The notes under the pieces are model-generated. The model had not been told where the DNA came from, searched no databases, and was given only the letters and a program-made list of their open reading frames with translations. The position numbers were made by a program, and so were the translations under genes. A DNA stretch of 62,437 nt, taken from the NCBI GenBank assembly GCA_036278875.1, contig DASUKF010000021.1, forward strand, positions 1 to 62,437. Reading direction: 5' to 3'. Position 1 is the first letter of the stretch. Every line of letters begins with the position of its first letter. Origin of the DNA: Candidatus Saccharimonadales bacterium. Lineage in GTDB: Bacteria; Patescibacteriota; Saccharimonadia; Saccharimonadales; 2-12-FULL-41-12. Positions 54,891 to 62,437 of the stretch are shown here, one piece after another.

Positions 54891-55838
54891 ATGACAAAAA
54901 ATATTCATGTGCCAGGGGTAGTAAAGACTGAGGACCACGGCAAGACCCAGTCTACATTTACCATTGAACCGCTTCACAGCGGTTACGGCATGACTCTGGG
55001 CAACAGCCTTAGAAGGGTCCTGCTTTCATCTATTTCCGGTGCGGCCATCACTGCATTCAAAGTAGAAGGCGCCAGCCACGAGTTCACCACGCTTCCGGGC
55101 GTAAAAGAAGACATAGTTGAGATAATTCTTAACCTCAAAGGCGTTCGTTTCCGCATATTTTCCGACGAGCCTCAGACTATCCGTCTGAGCAAAAAGGGCT
55201 CCGGTGCGGTGACCGCCAAAGATATTCAAGTGAACGCTGATGTAGAAGTGGTCAACAAGGACCATGTAATCGCACATATCGATGGTGCTTCAGCCAGCAT
55301 CAACATGGATATAGTGGTCGAAAAGGGCCGCGGCTACCGTGCTATCGACGAATCAGGCAGCAAAAAAGTCGTCTCCGATATGATAGCTATCGATTCTATC
55401 TTCAGTCCGGTACTCCGGGTACGATACAAAGTTGAGAACACCCGTGTCGGACAGATGACCGACCTGGACAAGCTCATCATAACCGTCGAGACTGACGGAA
55501 CTATTACTCCGCGCGAGGCCTTTGAGGAAGCTTCCGCTATACTGGTCAACCAATATACTGCGCTGGCCGGACAGACCAGAGTAGAACAGGGCGCTCCTTT
55601 GAACGCCGCTGATGAAAGTTCTGACGAAGCCGGTGTTTCCGACGATTCGCCTGCTCTGATGACATCCATAGAAGATTTGAACCTTTCCGCGCGTACTACT
55701 AACGCGCTGGTCAACAACGATATACACACGCTTAAGGACCTTTTCGCTCTTAGCGATATGGAACTGCGCGAGCTGAAAGGCTTCGGCAGCAAAGCACTTG
55801 ATGAGGTCAAAGAAAAAATGGCGGAGATGGAATTCTAA
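54891..55838 (+). CDS. rpoA: DNA-directed RNA polymerase alpha subunit
   Basis: 315 aa. FTIEPLHSGYGMTLGNSLRRVLLSSI, and a C-terminal domain LNLSARTTNALVNNDIHTLKDL. Confidence 0.96.
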   Translation: MTKNIHVPGVVKTEDHGKTQSTFTIEPLHSGYGMTLGNSLRRVLLSSISGAAITAFKVEGASHEFTTLPGVKEDIVEIILNLKGVRFRIFSDEPQTIRLSKKGSGAVTAKDIQVNADVEVVNKDHVIAHIDGASASINMDIVVEKGRGYRAIDESGSKKVVSDMIAIDSIFSPVLRVRYKVENTRVGQMTDLDKLIITVETDGTITPREAFEEASAILVNQYTALAGQTRVEQGAPLNAADESSDEAGVSDDSPALMTSIEDLNLSARTTNALVNNDIHTLKDLFALSDMELRELKGFGSKALDEVKEKMAEMEF

Positions 55839-56297
55839 ATGCACAGACACGGATACAAAGGTCGAAAACTCGGTCGCGAACGCGACCAGCGCCGAGCCCT
55901 TCTAAAGGGCCTGGCCGACTCTTTGATTGTCCATGGTTCTATAGAAACTACCATATCTAAAGCCAAGGAATTGGTTCCTTACACGGAAAAGCTGATAACC
56001 AAAGCCAAGAAGGGTGACCTGCACAATCGCAGGATGATTGTTGCCAAGCTCCAGACAGTCGAATCGGCCCATAAGCTGGTTGACGATATAGCCCCTAAGC
56101 TTTCTGTGCGGGACAGCGGACACCTTAGGATATCTAAGACCCGAGCCCGCAGGGGTGACAATGCACAGCTGGCCAAAGTCAGTTTCGTAGATGACCTTAC
56201 TGCAAAAACACCGGTTAAAGTACCCGCCAAACCTGCGGAAACGAAAAAACCGGCCGCCAAGAAGCCTGCAGCGAAAAAGACAGGAGCTAAAAAATAA
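55839..56297 (+). CDS. rplQ: 50S ribosomal protein L17 with a Lys/Ala/Pro-rich tail
   Basis: MHRHGYKGRKLGRERDQRRALLKGLADSLIVHGSIETT. Confidence 0.95.
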   Translation: MHRHGYKGRKLGRERDQRRALLKGLADSLIVHGSIETTISKAKELVPYTEKLITKAKKGDLHNRRMIVAKLQTVESAHKLVDDIAPKLSVRDSGHLRISKTRARRGDNAQLAKVSFVDDLTAKTPVKVPAKPAETKKPAAKKPAAKKTGAKK

Positions 56298-56734
56298 TGA
56301 AAACTTATTCCGCCAAGCCGACTGATGTAGAAAGAAAATGGTATGTTCTGGATGCCGGCAAACTTACCCTTGGCAGATTATCCACCCAGGTGGCTAAACT
56401 TCTGATGGGCAAGGAAAAGCCTATGTTCACCAAACATATAGACTGCGGCGACTACGTGATAGTCATAAACTCCGACCGGCTCAAAGTCACCGGTAAAAAA
56501 ATGGATGACAAAGTTTATTACAAGCATTCAGGTTATCCCGGCGGCCTGAAAGAACTCAGCCTAAAGGAGAAGATGGAAAAGGATTCTACCGATGTAATCG
56601 TCCGAGCCGTGCGGGGTATGCTGCCGGATAACAAGCTTCGCAACCCAAGGCTGGCACGATTGAAGGTATACAAAGACGAGAATCACGGCCACAGTGCGCA
56701 AAAACCCGAAACTTTCGAACTGGAGAAATCATAG
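56297..56734 (+). CDS. rplM: 50S ribosomal protein L13
   Basis: RKWYVLDAGKLTLGRLSTQVAKLLMGK, DCGDYVIVIN, YYKHSGYPGG. Confidence 0.96.
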   Translation: MKTYSAKPTDVERKWYVLDAGKLTLGRLSTQVAKLLMGKEKPMFTKHIDCGDYVIVINSDRLKVTGKKMDDKVYYKHSGYPGGLKELSLKEKMEKDSTDVIVRAVRGMLPDNKLRNPRLARLKVYKDENHGHSAQKPETFELEKS

Positions 56735-57124
56735 ATGAATTATTTTTACGGATTAGGACGACGCAAGAGCTCTACTGCCAGAGTCAGGTTGCAGAAAGGC
56801 AAAGGCGTCATAACGGTAAACAACAAGCCTGCCGAAGAATATTTTTCGGCCAGCCAGCAGTTGCTTCATGAGCTGGACAAGCCTTTTATTGCGCTTGAGC
56901 AGGAAAACAAGTACGACATCAGCGCCAAAGTAAACGGCGGTGGCCACGCAGGCCAGATAGGTGCTATAAGGCTCGGTATCGCCAAAGCTTTGGTAGAGCT
57001 GAATGCAGACTTTAAGAATACACTTAGGCGCGCCGAACTGCTCGGCCGCGACCCGCGCGAAAAAGAACGCAAGAAGTTCGGCCTCAAGGGCGCCCGCAAG
57101 AAGAGACAATTTACCAAGCGTTAA
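56735..57124 (+). CDS. rpsI: 30S ribosomal protein S9
   Basis: GLGRRKSSTARVRL, GGGHAGQIGAIRLGIAKAL, DPREKERKKFGLKGARKKRQFTKR. Confidence 0.96.
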   Translation: MNYFYGLGRRKSSTARVRLQKGKGVITVNNKPAEEYFSASQQLLHELDKPFIALEQENKYDISAKVNGGGHAGQIGAIRLGIAKALVELNADFKNTLRRAELLGRDPREKERKKFGLKGARKKRQFTKR

Positions 57125-57143
57125 GCTATAATAAAACTTAAGA

Positions 57144-58166
57144 ATGAGTAAGCCTGTTATTCTAACCGGTCTTAGAGCTAATAACGAGCTTCATATAGGT
57201 AATTATTTCGGTGCTCTTTTGCCTATGGTCGACATGGCTAAGAACAAGACAAAAGATTATCAGATTAACCTGTTCATTCCCGACCTGCACAGTATTACCA
57301 CGCCGATAGAGTACAAGAAACTACAAGCGCAAATAATGCAGAATCTAAACTTATTTACGGCCGCCGGCCTGCCTTTGGGTGAGCCGGACGTAAACCTTTA
57401 CCGCCAGAGCTATATTAGCGCGCATTCAGAGCTGACCTGGATATTGGACTGCTTCACCGGTTTCGGTGAAATGAGCCGCATGACCCAATTCAAAGATAAA
57501 AGAGATGAATCAAAAGAAGTGTCTGTCGGATTGTTTAACTATCCGGTGATGATGGCGGCGGATATACTGCTGTATGGCGCGGAATACGTACCGGTCGGTG
57601 ATGACCAGACCCAGCATCTGGAGTATACCCGCGATATAGCCGAACGCATGAACAACAGGTTCGGCAATGTATTCACCGTTCCTAAGCCGGTGAAAGAACA
57701 GCACAAGTTTTTTGCCAAAGACCAAGGGCTTAGGATTAAAGACCTGGCAAATCCGGATAAAAAAATGAGCAAAAGCACTGAGTCCGATAAGGGCGTGATA
57801 TTCCTGCAGGACAATCCTGAAATTGCTAAAAAGAAGATAATGTCCGCCACGACGGACAGTCTGAACCGGGTCAAGCATGATCCGGATAACCAGCCGGGCG
57901 TATCAAATTTGATTGAGATTTACGGTTTGGTAAAAGGTAAAACGGCCAAAGAAGCTGAAGCAGACTTTGCCGGCCAGACTCAATACGGCCAATTCAAACA
58001 GACCGTAGCTGAAACGGTGGCGGAATTTCTGCAGGAGTTTCAGGCCAGGCTTGCCGGAGTAAACGAAAAAGACATTCAATCTAAACTGATAGAGTCCGAG
58101 AAAAAGATGAATATCCAGGCAAATGCCACTCTTTTGAAAGTACAAAAAGCCATCGGGCTCAGGTAG
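57144..58166 (+). CDS. trpS: Tryptophanyl-tRNA synthetase
   Basis: 340 aa. HIGH-like ELHIGNYFGA, GDDQTQHLEYTRDIA, KMSKS present (KKMSKS). Confidence 0.93.
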   Translation: MSKPVILTGLRANNELHIGNYFGALLPMVDMAKNKTKDYQINLFIPDLHSITTPIEYKKLQAQIMQNLNLFTAAGLPLGEPDVNLYRQSYISAHSELTWILDCFTGFGEMSRMTQFKDKRDESKEVSVGLFNYPVMMAADILLYGAEYVPVGDDQTQHLEYTRDIAERMNNRFGNVFTVPKPVKEQHKFFAKDQGLRIKDLANPDKKMSKSTESDKGVIFLQDNPEIAKKKIMSATTDSLNRVKHDPDNQPGVSNLIEIYGLVKGKTAKEAEADFAGQTQYGQFKQTVAETVAEFLQEFQARLAGVNEKDIQSKLIESEKKMNIQANATLLKVQKAIGLR

Positions 58167-58170
58167 GAAA

Positions 58171-59025
58171 TTGGAGCGCGAAAGACTCGACTATCTTGTA
58201 GCAAGGCAAGCGGGGGTTAGCAGATCGATGGCCTTAAGCCTGGTAGAGGGTGGTGCCGTCAAAGTCGACGGCAAGACCAAGACCAAGCCCAGCCAGAAGT
58301 TTGATTTAAATAGCAAGCTTGATATCGACATGCCAAAGCACAAGCCTTCGCCACTGAAGCTAGAAGTTATCTATGAAGATGATGACTGCGTGGTGATTAA
58401 TAAGCCCGCAGGAGTGTTGGTTCATTCCAAAGGAGCATTCAATATTGAGAGTACGGTAGCTTCATGGCTGCTTCCCAAGGTTAAGGGCTTCGATAAAAAC
58501 AATAACCGGGCAGGTATAGTACACCGGCTGGACAGGGGTACCAGCGGCGTAATGCTATGTGCTAAAAATCCGGAAGCTTTAAGTTTCTTTCAAAAACAAT
58601 TTTCATCCAGAAAAGTTATAAAAAAATACGTGGCGGTTATAGAAGGAAATCTTGAGCCCGCCGAGGCCGTCATAGACATTCCGATAGAAAGAAATCCCAA
58701 GGATCCGAAACGCTTCAAAGTGTCAATGAACGGCAAGTATGCCAAGACGGCGTATAAAATACAGAAAATTTTTACATATGCTGGCCACGAATACAGCCTT
58801 TTATCGTTGACTCCGAAAACCGGTCGGACGCATCAGCTTAGGGTGCACTTGAAACACATGAAACATCCTATAATAGGTGATGATTTTTATGACGGCAAAA
58901 AGGCAGACAGGTTGTATCTTCATGCCTTAAGCCTGGAGATAACCTTGCCGGGCGGCAAGCGCGAAGTATTTACGGCTGATTTGCCTTCGGTATTTAATAA
59001 ACCTAAAATATCAAGCGATGGATAG
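58171..59025 (+). CDS. rluD: RluA-family 23S rRNA pseudouridine synthase with an N-terminal S4 domain (RluD-like), TTG start
   Basis: 284 aa. RLDYLV...S4-like region, VINKPAGVLVH, catalytic HRLDRGTSG, GRTHQLRVH. Confidence 0.8.
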   Translation: MERERLDYLVARQAGVSRSMALSLVEGGAVKVDGKTKTKPSQKFDLNSKLDIDMPKHKPSPLKLEVIYEDDDCVVINKPAGVLVHSKGAFNIESTVASWLLPKVKGFDKNNNRAGIVHRLDRGTSGVMLCAKNPEALSFFQKQFSSRKVIKKYVAVIEGNLEPAEAVIDIPIERNPKDPKRFKVSMNGKYAKTAYKIQKIFTYAGHEYSLLSLTPKTGRTHQLRVHLKHMKHPIIGDDFYDGKKADRLYLHALSLEITLPGGKREVFTADLPSVFNKPKISSDG

Positions 59026-59875
59026 ACTGCTTATCAACCCCTCTACTAAAGCGGCGCTGGACAGGATAATCGCCAGCTCGCCGCATGCCATAGGCCTGCA
59101 GGGTGAAAAAGAAAGCGGGCGGGAGTGTATATCCCTATATATAGCTGCAAAGATGCTGGAAGTGGCTGAGCCTCGCCACTACCCCTATATGCATGTCGTA
59201 AAATGCAAACCCAAGGACGCTATAGATGACATACGCGAAGCTATAAGCTTTTTGAAACTTAAGATTCCCGGTGAAAGCAAAATCAGAAGATGCCTGGTTT
59301 TCTTATCTTTTGAAAACTTGGGCCATGAAGCACAAAACGCCCTCTTAAAATCATTGGAAGAGCCTCCAGCCGATACTGTGATTATAATTACCACCGATTC
59401 GCGCGGCAGTCTTTTGCCTACGACGGTTTCGCGTTTGTCGTGGGTGGATATCCTGCCCGTTAGCCTAAGCCAGGCGCAGGAATATTTCAAAAATAGTTAT
59501 GACAAGGAACATATAGAAAAAGTTTTTCTTTTGAGCGGCGGCAGACCGGCCATGACAATAAAACTTTTAAAAAATTATGATGAGCACCCGCTGGTCCAAT
59601 CAATAAATCAGGCCAAGGGAATACTGCAGGCGGACAGGTTCGAGCGCTTAGCGGCTATAGACAAACTTACCAAGGAAAAGGACTTTGACATAGAGATTTT
59701 CATGGATTCACTATCCAAAATTTTGGAAACCATGTTAAAGAACCGTATAAATAAGAACAGTATTATAGATTACAGACTGCTCGCAAACCTAAAAAAGCTT
59801 ATGAGTGCCAAAGCTTCCCGGCGCTACAATACCAACCAGAAATTGCTTTTAGCCGATTTATTCTACGGGCTGTAA
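59018..59875 (+). CDS. holB: DNA polymerase III delta' subunit
   Basis: 285 aa. Degenerate P-loop, QNALLKSLEEPP, sensor TVSRL. Overlaps the upstream gene by 8 nt. Confidence 0.8.
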   Translation: MDRLLINPSTKAALDRIIASSPHAIGLQGEKESGRECISLYIAAKMLEVAEPRHYPYMHVVKCKPKDAIDDIREAISFLKLKIPGESKIRRCLVFLSFENLGHEAQNALLKSLEEPPADTVIIITTDSRGSLLPTTVSRLSWVDILPVSLSQAQEYFKNSYDKEHIEKVFLLSGGRPAMTIKLLKNYDEHPLVQSINQAKGILQADRFERLAAIDKLTKEKDFDIEIFMDSLSKILETMLKNRINKNSIIDYRLLANLKKLMSAKASRRYNTNQKLLLADLFYGL

Positions 59876-59901
59876 GCATAAAAATGATATAATCAGGGCT
59901 T

Positions 59902-60558
59902 ATGTACGAATTGTTACTGCTAGCCGTATTTGCCGCCGTCGTGCTCCGTACGTTCCAGATAGACGAAACCGAAGCAGATGACCTTCCACACAAGATAAGT
60001 ACCCGGATAGGCCGCCTATGGGACATAGTTCACCAGGGCATGCGCGAAAACCGCCTGGTCAGGGCTGAAAAAGCCTTGCTTGCGATACTGAAGATAGACC
60101 AAAAAAACGCAGCCGCGTACAACCGCCTCGGCATACTTTATGCCAAGCAGAAAGAGTATAAAGATGCGATAGATTGTTTTGAGATTGCCTGCAGCATCGA
60201 GCCGTCGGCATCGAGCCTGCATAATCTGGGCCTTGTTTATTATGAAACGGAAAATTACGAACGTGCCGCGACGGCTTTTGAAGAGGCGCTGAAACTGGAA
60301 GATAACATGGCCGCCAGGCATATTGCTCTTGCAAAAGCGCTTGAATATCTGGGTAACAACAAGTTGATGGTCACTCATCTGGAGCGTGCCGTAGAGATAG
60401 AACCTACCAAAGAATCATACAAGCTTCTTATCAATGCTTACCGCAAGACGAACGAAGAAGAAAAAGCCGACATTCTGGAGGACAAGATTTCCAAGCTTAT
60501 AACTACTCGTGCGAAGAAGCGGTTCCGTGTCCAGCGGGCCAAAAGAGTCGTGGTATAA
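59902..60558 (+). CDS. TPR-repeat protein with an N-terminal TM helix
   Basis: 218 aa. N-terminal LLLAVFAAVVL, followed by 3-4 TPR units (AAAYNRLGILYAKQKEYKDAIDCFEIA...). Confidence 0.7.
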   Translation: MYELLLLAVFAAVVLRTFQIDETEADDLPHKISTRIGRLWDIVHQGMRENRLVRAEKALLAILKIDQKNAAAYNRLGILYAKQKEYKDAIDCFEIACSIEPSASSLHNLGLVYYETENYERAATAFEEALKLEDNMAARHIALAKALEYLGNNKLMVTHLERAVEIEPTKESYKLLINAYRKTNEEEKADILEDKISKLITTRAKKRFRVQRAKRVVV

Positions 60559-60560
60559 GC

Positions 60561-60824
60561 TTAATCAAACCATTTCCATACAGGTATCATATACCGTGCC
60601 CATGAGCGCGCCGTTCTTCTATGAACCAGTCCGAAAGTGATGACCACTCCGGGTACGAATAGATAAAAACCGAACAAAAATGTCAGATAGAAAACAAAAG
60701 GCGGCAAAGTAAAAAGTATAACTCCACTTAGGATAAGTATTATGCTGCCGACAATGCAATGTATCAGCGCGGTTATTTTGAGCCAAGTATAGTCTATGTA
60801 TCTGGGCCTTTCCTGCCTCGTCAT
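60561..60824 (-). CDS. Small 2-TM membrane protein (87 aa)
   Basis: Hydrophobic helices ITALIHCIVGSIILILSGVILFTL and VFYLTFLFGFYLFVPGVVITFGL. TATAAT (60834-60839, minus strand) lies 9 nt before the ATG. Confidence 0.5.
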   Translation of the reverse strand: MTRQERPRYIDYTWLKITALIHCIVGSIILILSGVILFTLPPFVFYLTFLFGFYLFVPGVVITFGLVHRRTARSWARYMIPVWKWFD

Positions 60825-60951
60825 ATGGCATACATTATATATTAAAATTTTTAGGATTTACTGTTTTTTGCAGGAAAAACAGGCTTTAACGTCATATAAG
60901 TTATAGCTTATATATTCCATCATCAAAGATTAATAGTTTGTAATTGTTAGT

Positions 60952-60980
60952 TTGACAGCTCATTTACCCGTGGAATAAAT
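60952..60980 (+). promoter_or_regulatory. Candidate glnA promoter: consensus TTGACA, 17 nt spacer, ATAAAT
   Basis: -35 at 60952-60957 and -10 at 60975-60980. The leader has SD GAGAGGG 7 nt before ATG at 61013. Confidence 0.45.
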
Positions 60981-61012
60981 TAAGCTTAAAGTAACGATGA
61001 GAGGGTTAAAAA

Positions 61013-62437
61013 ATGCAACAAGAAGCAAAATTAAAAAAATTTCTGGAGCTTACATATGATGAGCTTGAGGAATTGAACCTAGAAGCCCGCACAATAACCG
61101 ACCCGACAAAAGCCGAAAAAGAGCATACGGCCACGCTGAACCGTGAGAATGGGATCAAAGCCGTGACAGTCTGCTTTTCCAACATAGAAGGCAGACTTCA
61201 TATGCTGGATTATGACAAGAAATTCTTCTTAAAATCACTGGACAACCTTACTTTTGACGGCTCGTCCATCCGCGGTTTCAGCGAGCTGCACGAGTCTGAT
61301 TTGCGTCTAAGTATAGACTGGACCAGTCTGACATACCTGCCTTCGGACGTGTTCGGGCCGGGCAAAGTGGCCGTTTTTGCCAACATCGCGGATAAGGACG
61401 GCAAGCCGTATGAATCCGACTTCCGCGGGCGCTTGCAGGATTACTCCCGCAAAACCAAAACCTCGAAAGGCCTGGAAGGCTTCATGGCTCCAGAAATCGA
61501 GGGCTTTGTCCTTGATGGAATTGATGCTGAACAGCACTATAACAGACACAAAGGTTTTGCTTTGATGACTACGGGCGGTTATTACCATACCTTGCCCCTG
61601 GATAAGCTCCGCACGTTCATTGATACGGTAGCGGATGTACTGCGTTCTATGGGGTTCCAAAACGAAAAGGATCATCCGGAAGTCGCACCGTCCCAGTTTG
61701 AAAGTAACTTCTCATATACCGATGTCGTACGTGCCTGCGACCAAATAGTCCTTTACAAGCTTGTTTGCAGGCAGGTAGCACATAGCCTGGGTATGACAGC
61801 GACATTCCTGCCGAAACCTGTGCAGGGACTTAATGGCAACGGTATGCATGTTAACTTTTCACTGGCAAAAAACGGCAAAAACGCTTTTTATGACAAGGCC
61901 GGACGGGACAATCTTTCCAAATACGGCTGGGAAGTTATAGGCAAGATACTTAATCGGGCCACCGAAATATCCTTGATACTTAACTCCAGCGTCAATGCTT
62001 ACCGCAGGCTTGACCCGAACTACGAAGCCCCGAACCAGATAAAGGCATCAGCCCAGGACAGAGGCTCTATGGTACGCGTGCCTCTTGGCAACGAACGTTC
62101 GGCACGTATAGAAATAAGGTCCGTTTCGCCGGATGCAAGCCCTTACCTTATGATGTACACTGTCATGAAGATAGCCATAGAAGACAAAGTGCCTGCCAAT
62201 AGCACCCGCCGGCAAAGACTAAAGTTCTTGCCAGGCAACGTAAATGACGCTATACGCCAGTTCAGGGCAAGCACTTTCACGACGCAGGTTTTAGGCAGGT
62301 CCAGCAAAGCTAAATACCTTGAATACAAGGTCGCATCAGCACACCGAAACCCCAAGGAGCTAGGCGATATCATCAAAGAATCCGAGATACTGTATCACCA
62401 CGAAGTCACCAACCAGCACCTCTGGAGCATTTTCTAG
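61013..62437 (+). CDS. glnA: Glutamine synthetase (stop codon is the last triplet of the window)
   Basis: 474 aa. HPEVAPSQFE, KPVQGLNGNGMHVNFSL, NAYRRLDPNYEAPN, RVPLGNERSARIEIRSVSPDASPYL. Confidence 0.88.
   Translation: MQQEAKLKKFLELTYDELEELNLEARTITDPTKAEKEHTATLNRENGIKAVTVCFSNIEGRLHMLDYDKKFFLKSLDNLTFDGSSIRGFSELHESDLRLSIDWTSLTYLPSDVFGPGKVAVFANIADKDGKPYESDFRGRLQDYSRKTKTSKGLEGFMAPEIEGFVLDGIDAEQHYNRHKGFALMTTGGYYHTLPLDKLRTFIDTVADVLRSMGFQNEKDHPEVAPSQFESNFSYTDVVRACDQIVLYKLVCRQVAHSLGMTATFLPKPVQGLNGNGMHVNFSLAKNGKNAFYDKAGRDNLSKYGWEVIGKILNRATEISLILNSSVNAYRRLDPNYEAPNQIKASAQDRGSMVRVPLGNERSARIEIRSVSPDASPYLMMYTVMKIAIEDKVPANSTRRQRLKFLPGNVNDAIRQFRASTFTTQVLGRSSKAKYLEYKVASAHRNPKELGDIIKESEILYHHEVTNQHLWSIF

Noticed and set aside
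60939-60957. GlnR/TnrA-like site (TGTAA-N9-TGACA) at the glnA promoter.
   Set aside because: The half-site spacing is 9 nt rather than the N7 of the TGTNA-N7-TNACA consensus. The right half is simply the -35 TTGACA.
1-62437. UGA recoding (genetic code 25/4), as seen in some candidate phyla.
   Set aside because: TGA terminates conserved genes at their expected lengths (recG, hisG, hisH, hisF, hisE). No conserved gene needs read-through of an in-frame TGA.
1-62437. CRISPR arrays, IS elements, integrases, prophage or defence islands.
   Set aside because: I saw no spaced direct-repeat arrays, and no ORF has transposase, integrase, recombinase or nuclease hallmarks. The accessory ORFs are single, small and scattered, not clustered.

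Overview
This is a compact, gene-dense bacterial chromosome segment. Many neighbouring genes overlap by 1-14 nt, and convergent genes share stop codons. It is dominated by core genes, in this order:
- mrcA (PBP1A), tyrS, recG, rsmD, a FemAB-family gene and tRNA-Leu(UAG)
- hisS joined to a partial his operon (hisG-H-A-F-I-E)
- tig, clpP, rpoB-rpoC and rpsL-rpsG-fusA
- an inverted shikimate block (aroC, aroD and a trifunctional aroA-aroK-aroE fusion)
- cysH, tuf and rpsJ
- the S10/spc/alpha ribosomal clusters with secY, infA and rpoA
- trpS, an RluD-like synthase, holB, a TPR protein and glnA

The standard genetic code applies, since TGA ends conserved genes at the expected lengths. Several traits fit a reduced-genome, Gram-positive-like lineage such as Patescibacteria/CPR, but this is inference only: there is no rpmD (L30) between rpsE and rplO, no adk/map after secY, and many lineage-specific ORFs are wedged into normally contiguous translation operons. 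I saw no CRISPR array, transposase, integrase or prophage signal, and no obvious multi-gene novel system among the hypothetical ORFs.

The strongest unexplained signals are regulatory:
- Two ribosome-mediated attenuator candidates are built on apparently leaderless leader peptides. One has His codons and sits before hisS and the his operon. The other is Cys-rich and sits before cysH.
- A perfect CIRCE/HrcA operator overlaps the clpP promoter.
- A long hairpin plus U-tract leader precedes rplC.
- At first-in-operon genes, a -10 box recurrently ends 6-10 nt before the ATG, which suggests leaderless mRNAs.

The coding oddities are:
- an AroA-AroK-AroE fusion
- a short-form HisG overlapped by hisS with no hisZ
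- an alpha/beta hydrolase interrupted at a G AAA AAG run
- a Cys-less L36
- fragmentation of the str/S10/spc region by orphan ORFs

All calls come from reading the sequence and the ORF track. No database search or folding program was run.
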